Shown piece by piece: positions 58,991-64,000 of a DNA stretch of 64,000 nucleotides. How positions within the stretch are numbered: position 1 is the first letter of the stretch; each line of letters opens with the position of its first letter. Source of the DNA: Pseudomonadota bacterium (GTDB lineage: Bacteria > Chloroflexota > UBA5177); NCBI GenBank assembly GCA_021324655.1, contig JAJPIP010000041.1:49-64048 (forward strand). The letters run 5' to 3'. The position numbers were made by a program, and so were the translations under genes. The notes under the pieces are model-generated. The model was not told where the DNA came from. It was given only the letters and a program-made list of their open reading frames with translations, and searched no databases.

Positions 58991-60346
58991 CTATGCGTAA
59001 TAGACGAGAACGAGGCCGATGACCGTGATAGCGATGCCCGTCAAGGTCAAGGTGGCCGGCACCCCGATGAGGGTGGCGACGCCGCCGACCACGATGAGCG
59101 GGGGAATCGCGACGGCAGCGGTCAGAGTCTGCTGCATGGCCAGCACCCGCCCGCGAACGGCCGGAGCCGCCCGTTCCTGGACGATCGTCTGCGCCGGAGC
59201 ATTCACGAAGGCGACTTCCAGGCCCATCAAGACAGTGATGGGGAACATCGTCACGGTAAACCCGACTCCGGATGGAATGGGGAAACCTATGGAATGGAGC
59301 TGCTGCCAGAATGACGCTTCGAGCGGCACGGCGGCGAGACCGATGACGGTGATGCCGAGCGCGATGAGTGATACGAGAACCAGGCGGTCCTTGCGCAGAC
59401 GAGCACCAAACTGACCGAGGACAAACATGCCGAGACCCAGGCCGATACCGGCTGGCGCAAGCAGGAAGAAGAGCGCCGTGCTGGTCTGTCCGAAGTGCAA
59501 TGTGTTGGCCACGTAGTCGGGCCCAACTTCGGCCAGCAACAGCAGGAGCGTTGGGGCCAGTGACAGCTGCAGCAGAGCGACGGCCAGGGGCGGGTCATCG
59601 ATGATGAAGTGGATGGCCTCGAGCAGATCGTGAATCACGCGTCTCCCCAGGTCCGAGAGCAGGATTGGCTGCGTGGCGGCAGAGTGGCGAGTGGGCGACG
59701 GCAGCGGAATCAGGACGAGGGCTGCGACCGCGAACAGCGCCGAGAGGGCAATCAGAGTGGTCGTCACACCGAGAACGGTGATGGCGATGGGAGCTAGGGC
59801 GAAGCCCACGCCCTGCGCGCCCATGAAGGTCAGCTGGAACAGCGAATTAGCCGTGATAAGTTGTTCGCCACTCACCAAGAGCGGAATGGTCGAGCCTTCG
59901 GCCGGGGCAAACGGCTGGCTGAGGACGGCAACGACGAAGGTGATGACATAGAGCCCGGCCAGATTGTGTTGCAGCAGCAGGTATCCCAGAACACCGACCA
60001 CGCGCAGCACATTGGTCCCGATGAGAATCGAGCGTTTGGGCAGGCGATCCACGAATACTCCGGACACGGAGCTGAACAGGACGGTCGGCAGCTGCACCAT
60101 GATGATGGTGAACCCCACGGTGACCGGCTTCTCACCGGTGATCGCGCCAACCATGATGATGAGCGCGTACCAGAGCGAGTTCTGCGCCGTCTGGGATGTG
60201 ACCTGAGCCAGCCAGATCTCCAGAAAGTTGCGGTTTTGAAGAACGGACAGGAAGCCCGTGCGCGGGGTCAGTGGCGGTACGGGATATGTGTCATCGACGG
60301 CCGGCAGCGGCTCGGTCACTCCCTGCTCCTGGTTGGGCAGCGACAT
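58991..60346 (-). CDS. MFS transporter (12-14 TM, efflux-type)
   Basis: 451 aa polytopic protein with MFS-like 'LPKRSILIGTNVLR' loop motif between TM2/3. Confidence 0.8.
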   Translation of the reverse strand: MSLPNQEQGVTEPLPAVDDTYPVPPLTPRTGFLSVLQNRNFLEIWLAQVTSQTAQNSLWYALIIMVGAITGEKPVTVGFTIIMVQLPTVLFSSVSGVFVDRLPKRSILIGTNVLRVVGVLGYLLLQHNLAGLYVITFVVAVLSQPFAPAEGSTIPLLVSGEQLITANSLFQLTFMGAQGVGFALAPIAITVLGVTTTLIALSALFAVAALVLIPLPSPTRHSAATQPILLSDLGRRVIHDLLEAIHFIIDDPPLAVALLQLSLAPTLLLLLAEVGPDYVANTLHFGQTSTALFFLLAPAGIGLGLGMFVLGQFGARLRKDRLVLVSLIALGITVIGLAAVPLEASFWQQLHSIGFPIPSGVGFTVTMFPITVLMGLEVAFVNAPAQTIVQERAAPAVRGRVLAMQQTLTAAVAIPPLIVVGGVATLIGVPATLTLTGIAITVIGLVLVYYA

Positions 60347-61475
60347 CTCTCAGTAGCCCATCGTACGCCGCGACCATCTGGAATACATCGTGCGATTGTG
60401 CCACACGGCGCGCCTCCTTGCCCATGGACGAGCGGCGCCGGGTGTCGGTGACAAGCGCTTCAAGCGCTTCGGCTGCCACGGCTACGCTCCCAGCCGGCAC
60501 CAGGAGGCCGTTCTTGCCGTCCTGCACGAGCTCGGGGAGGGCACCCGCGTCCACCGCGACGACCGGCAAACCGGACGCGAGGGCCTCGAGAGTCGAAATG
60601 CTCTGCAGTTCGACGGGCGCCACGATGAAATACACGTCGGCCATGCGATAGAGATCGGGGAGGAGGGCCTCCTCGACATAACCAATGAATCGGATGGAAT
60701 CGAGTCCGAGATCCCGGGCAAGTCGTTCGAGACGCGGCCGGTCCGCTCCCTCGCCGCCCACGACGTACTGGGCCACTCTCCCTCCGACGGCCGCTGCGGC
60801 CCTGATCCACACCTCCATGTCCTTCTCGGCGTCGAGGCGGCCCGTGTAGAGCACGACGGGGCGTTCGTCGAGGCCGAACCGCTGCCGTAGCGCGGGAGAC
60901 TGCCCCGGCTGGAACCGCTGGGTGTTGACGCCGTTGGAGATAACCGAAACGCGACGGTGGAACCCCATATCGCGCAGCATCGTCGCCGCCGTCTCCGTGG
61001 GAGTCGCGACCGCGACACAGCGATCCAGAAGGTGCACGATCCAGCGGCCCAGCATTCGGGCGGCGGGCACGTGCACCACGGGCTGGCCGCGGAGTCCCCA
61101 GAGCGAGCACGACGGGATCGTGTGATTGGTGGCGGCGACGGGAATGCCGTGGCGCGGCGCGGCAAACACGGCTGCCGCGGACAGCGGAAAGGGGTGGTGA
61201 ACGTGGATCACGTCCGGGCGAAACGCGTCGAGCCACCGAGTGAGGCCGAGTGGAACCGAGACCCGAACACGATACCCGAACGGCACGGGAAGCGTCGGGA
61301 CACGCACGACTTCAACGTCGCCGTCCTGCTCGCGCCCTCCCCATCCGGTTGCGCTCGGCGCCAGAACGGACACGTCATGTCCGCGGCCCGCAAGGCCACG
61401 GCTGAGGTTCTGGACGAGAGCCGCCGGCCCGCCAATCCAGGGAGAGTAGAAATCGGTGACGAGTCCGATTCTCAC
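60291..61475 (-). CDS. Glycosyltransferase family 4
   Basis: 'MRIGLVTDFYSPWIGGPAALV…' GT4 N-terminal fold and 'EALASGLPVVAVDAGALPELV' C-terminal motif. Overlaps the radical SAM gene by 4 nt. Confidence 0.85.
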   Translation of the reverse strand: MRIGLVTDFYSPWIGGPAALVQNLSRGLAGRGHDVSVLAPSATGWGGREQDGDVEVVRVPTLPVPFGYRVRVSVPLGLTRWLDAFRPDVIHVHHPFPLSAAAVFAAPRHGIPVAATNHTIPSCSLWGLRGQPVVHVPAARMLGRWIVHLLDRCVAVATPTETAATMLRDMGFHRRVSVISNGVNTQRFQPGQSPALRQRFGLDERPVVLYTGRLDAEKDMEVWIRAAAAVGGRVAQYVVGGEGADRPRLERLARDLGLDSIRFIGYVEEALLPDLYRMADVYFIVAPVELQSISTLEALASGLPVVAVDAGALPELVQDGKNGLLVPAGSVAVAAEALEALVTDTRRRSSMGKEARRVAQSHDVFQMVAAYDGLLRDVAAQPGAGSDRAAAGRR

Positions 61476-62605
61476 CCGGCTGGTTCGCCGGCAATCACCG
61501 AAGTTTCCCGTTCAGCGGCGACGGAGCGCGCGCGCTCCTTCTCGATGCGCCGCCGCTCCATCGTGTACCGGAGGTCCGAGAGGCCGCTCAGCACGAAGTT
61601 CTTGTCGACCTTGTAGTAGAAGGACGGGTGGATGTAGCACAGATTGCTGCAATCCTGGCAAAACTTGAACTTGCCCGCCTTGTCCTGCATTTCGCGCCAA
61701 CGCTCGGTCTCGAAGAACGTGATGATATTGCGGTCGAACTTTATGCGCTGGGCGATCTTGTGGTAGCAGGGGTAGAGGATGTAGCCGTCCGGCGAGATCG
61801 CGATCACCGCGTTGGACGCACGGCAGGCCCGGTTCTCGATGCGGTTTCCCCCCTGTTGAAAGACCCGCAACTCGGCCCAATTGACATATACGTTCTTCTC
61901 GCGCGCCACGGCACGTGCCTTGTCCAGATGCTGGACGGCGACTCCGTCATTCCCGAAGTACTCCCACTCCGGCTGCACCTTGAGGATGCACTGCTTCTGC
62001 CGGCACAACTCAATCATGCCGGGCAGAAGGTCCGCGTTGTCGTCCGTCAGGACAAAGATGATCTGGTAGTGCTCACCGAGCTTCCGCGCCAGGTCGAGGC
62101 TCTGGATCACGTAATCGTACGAGTTGTCCTGACGTAGTGAATTGTGAGGTTCCGGTCCGGGGGAGCAGAGCGAGAAGTTCAGAATATCGACGAGCCCGCG
62201 CAACTCCTCGGCCCGCCGCGGGTACAGGGTACAGTTCGTCGTCATCTGGGTTCGGAAGCCGCGCTCCTTGGCGGCGCGCAGCAGGGTCGCTATGTCCTTC
62301 CGTAGCAGCGGCTCGCCACCGGTAAAGTCAATGAGCCGAACACCGAGCTCTTTCAAAATGTCGAAGTGCTCGATGCTGGTCTGGGTCGGTGTGTACTGCG
62401 AGACGGGCAACACATCCATCGGCCCGTCCGGGATATTGCAAAAGACGCAGCGCGCGTTGCACTTATACGTGACGTAGTAGTACGCCATCACAGGCTTGCC
62501 CGAGATTGGACCGAATGCGAGATCCATGAGCTCGGGCACGCGAGGCGCAATCTTCCTGGGGATTGCCAAAGCCTTTCCTCCCATTTCTGGCGTCCTGACG
62601 GTCAA
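61472..62605 (-). CDS. Radical SAM enzyme with C-terminal SPASM/twitch-like Cys cluster
   Basis: 'YKCNARCVFCNIP' CxxxCxxC, 'GGEPLL', and C-terminal 'C-x19-C … CQDCSNLC'. 377 aa. Confidence 0.8.
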   Translation of the reverse strand: MTVRTPEMGGKALAIPRKIAPRVPELMDLAFGPISGKPVMAYYYVTYKCNARCVFCNIPDGPMDVLPVSQYTPTQTSIEHFDILKELGVRLIDFTGGEPLLRKDIATLLRAAKERGFRTQMTTNCTLYPRRAEELRGLVDILNFSLCSPGPEPHNSLRQDNSYDYVIQSLDLARKLGEHYQIIFVLTDDNADLLPGMIELCRQKQCILKVQPEWEYFGNDGVAVQHLDKARAVAREKNVYVNWAELRVFQQGGNRIENRACRASNAVIAISPDGYILYPCYHKIAQRIKFDRNIITFFETERWREMQDKAGKFKFCQDCSNLCYIHPSFYYKVDKNFVLSGLSDLRYTMERRRIEKERARSVAAERETSVIAGEPAG

Positions 62606-62664
62606 AATCAGTATACAGGGGTGGTTTTAGCACCGATATCAGGGAAAACACGTAGGAGGGGCGG

Positions 62665-63456
62665 GTGACAGGCGACGAGCTGGCCGTTGCCGGCGAGATT
62701 GCACGTGAAGCGGCGGCCCTCGTCATCTCGTACTTCGACTCAGATCGATTGGATGCGCGAGCCAAGGGCGAGCGGGATCTGGTCACCGCCGCGGACACCG
62801 CCAGCGAAGCGCTGATTGTGCGGCGGCTGCGCGAGGCCTTCCCGGGAGACGGCATTGTTGCCGAGGAGGGCGGTGACGAGCCGTCCACGACCCACCGTGT
62901 CTGGTACGTGGACCCGGTGGACGGCACCCTCAACTACGCGCGGGGTGTTCCCCTCTTTTCCCTTTCACTCTCGCTTTTCGACGGTCCGGTTCCGGTTCTC
63001 GGCGTCGTTTATGACCCGATGCGCCAGGAACTGTTCGCGGCTCGCACCGGTGACGGGGCCACCCTCAACGGGAAGCGCATCCGAACGAGCGGAGTCGAAA
63101 ACCTCGACCAGGCGCTCGTGCACATGACAGTGGACTTCCACGAGGAGAGCTTATGGGCCGGCATCCGGGACATTGCCGACGTCGCTCCCGCTGTTCTGCG
63201 CACCCGCAACATCGGCTCGGCGGCACTCGCTCTCGCCTACGTGGCCGCCGGCCGCTTCGATGCGATGATCCACCGCTACGCCAGTCCCTGGGACTACGGA
63301 GCGGGAGTCCTTCTGGTGCAAGAGGCCGGCGGGGTGGCGTCGGCGCTGGGTGGGCCGGCATATTCGGTGGAGGATCGAGCAGTGCTGGCCGCTGCCACCG
63401 GCCGCCTCCACCACGGGCTCACGCGCCTGATCGACGCCACGGCGCATGTAGAATAG
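62665..63456 (+). CDS. Inositol-monophosphatase-family (IMPase/SuhB-like) sugar-phosphate phosphatase
   Basis: 'EEGG', 'WYVDPVDGTLNYARGVPLFSLSL', 'WDYGAG' motifs of the IMPase fold. Confidence 0.85.
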   Translation: MTGDELAVAGEIAREAAALVISYFDSDRLDARAKGERDLVTAADTASEALIVRRLREAFPGDGIVAEEGGDEPSTTHRVWYVDPVDGTLNYARGVPLFSLSLSLFDGPVPVLGVVYDPMRQELFAARTGDGATLNGKRIRTSGVENLDQALVHMTVDFHEESLWAGIRDIADVAPAVLRTRNIGSAALALAYVAAGRFDAMIHRYASPWDYGAGVLLVQEAGGVASALGGPAYSVEDRAVLAAATGRLHHGLTRLIDATAHVE

Positions 63457-63475
63457 CCGGACCCCCGCCCTGTTA

Positions 63476-64000
63476 ATGCCTGTACGCTCCCACCCTGCTC
63501 GCTCGGCTGCAGTCGTCCTCCTCATCGTGCTGCTCGTTCTCGGAGGATGGTTCGGAGCCAAGGCGTACCAGGTCTACGCCGGATTACATGACATAACAAG
63601 CGTGAAGGTGCCGACGGTCCGCGGCGAGAAGCGAGTGGTCATACCGCCGATTGACCGGTACCACCGCATCAACATCCTCCTGCTGGGAAGCGACAACGAC
63701 CAGAAGAAGGAGGAAGCAGCGCCGCTCACCCAGAGCATGATCGTGGTAACTATCGATCCGCTGCACGACAGGGTCGGCCTCCTTTCCATTCCGCGCGACT
63801 TCTGGGTCCGGATTCCCGACCACGGATGGGCCAAGCTGGACCTGGCATTCAAGTACGGATACCAATCCGGCTTCCGGGGGGAACCGCGCGGCTTCCGGGG
63901 CGGTGTCGCGCTGGCACGCTTCACGATCGAGAAGCTCTTCAACATACCCATCGACTACTACGCCTGGGTTGGGCTACAGGGGTTCTCCAACGTCATCGAT
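63476..64000 (+). CDS. LytR-CpsA-Psr (LCP) family cell-wall glycopolymer transferase, 3'-partial (runs off window end)
   Basis: Manual translation from ATG 63476: N-terminal TM 'AAVVLLIVLLVLGGWFG', then 'INILLLGSDND…MIVVTIDP…LLSIPRDFWVRIPDHGWAKLDLAFKYG'. No stop before 64000. Confidence 0.75.
   Translation, partial: MPVRSHPARSAAVVLLIVLLVLGGWFGAKAYQVYAGLHDITSVKVPTVRGEKRVVIPPIDRYHRINILLLGSDNDQKKEEAAPLTQSMIVVTIDPLHDRVGLLSIPRDFWVRIPDHGWAKLDLAFKYGYQSGFRGEPRGFRGGVALARFTIEKLFNIPIDYYAWVGLQGFSNVID

Noticed and set aside
63862-63910. Tandem 'TTCCGGGG…CGCGGCTTCCGGGGCGG' repeat (encodes GFRGEPRGFRGG) in the partial LCP gene
   Set aside because: Short in-frame duplication inside a coding region. Not a structured repeat family.

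Overview
This is a high-GC (about two-thirds G+C by eye) bacterial chromosomal window. It is densely coding, mostly housekeeping, and shows strong translational coupling (many ATGA/GTGA start-stop overlaps) and GGAGG-type ribosome-binding sites (RBS).

Gene order, left to right:
- 3' end of selB, fused by start/stop overlap to a four-gene exopolysaccharide locus: GT4 glycosyltransferase, polyprenyl-phosphate sugar transferase, Wzz-like chain-length protein, and a degenerate BY-kinase-like domain.
- coaBC on the minus strand.
- The conserved rpmE–DUF1385–prfA–prmC–tsaC block.
- A T-box leader with an intrinsic terminator, then valS, followed by overlapping rhomboid protease and polA genes.
- An orphan 413-aa hypothetical protein, then apt and tRNA-Glu(CUC).
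- A contiguous 9-gene, ~9.6-kb plus-strand operon: etfB–etfA, three acyl-CoA dehydrogenases, a thiolase, meaB, and a split B12-dependent acyl-CoA mutase (large and small subunits). It is followed by tRNA-Leu(GAG) and a PduO-type cob(I)alamin adenosyltransferase.
- The tsaE–tsaB–rimI–tsaD operon on the minus strand, then an ABC1/UbiB-family kinase.
- An orphan 69-aa ORF with an NHLP/Nif11-like leader-style N-terminus, then tRNA-Pro(CGG).
- A tight trio of integral-membrane enzymes: a GT-C glycosyltransferase, an Aur1/IPC-synthase-like PAP2 protein, and a second GT-C-like protein.
- rsmG, an L,D-transpeptidase, and a complete 14-gene complex I operon (nuoA–N) immediately followed by a FixC/geranylgeranyl-reductase-like flavoprotein.
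- An archaeal-type proS.
- A compact minus-strand operon of a radical SAM/SPASM-like enzyme, a GT4 glycosyltransferase, an MFS transporter and an APH-family phosphotransferase, with a divergent inositol-monophosphatase-family gene.
- A partial LytR-CpsA-Psr (LCP) gene at the window end.

No CRISPR array, IS element, integrase or prophage signature was seen.

The best candidates for undescribed systems are the radical-SAM/GT4/MFS/kinase/IMPase cassette (58.0–63.5 kb), the GT-C/Aur1-like/GT-C membrane trio beside tRNA-Pro (34.4–38.4 kb) with its neighbouring NHLP-like small ORF, and the degenerate BY-kinase in the exopolysaccharide locus. Taxonomic placement is tentative. The T-box on valS, archaeal-type ProRS, LCP protein and 14-subunit complex I would fit a Chloroflexota/Thermomicrobia-like or other high-GC monoderm-like lineage. 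All calls are from reading the sequence and translations by eye; no database searches were run.
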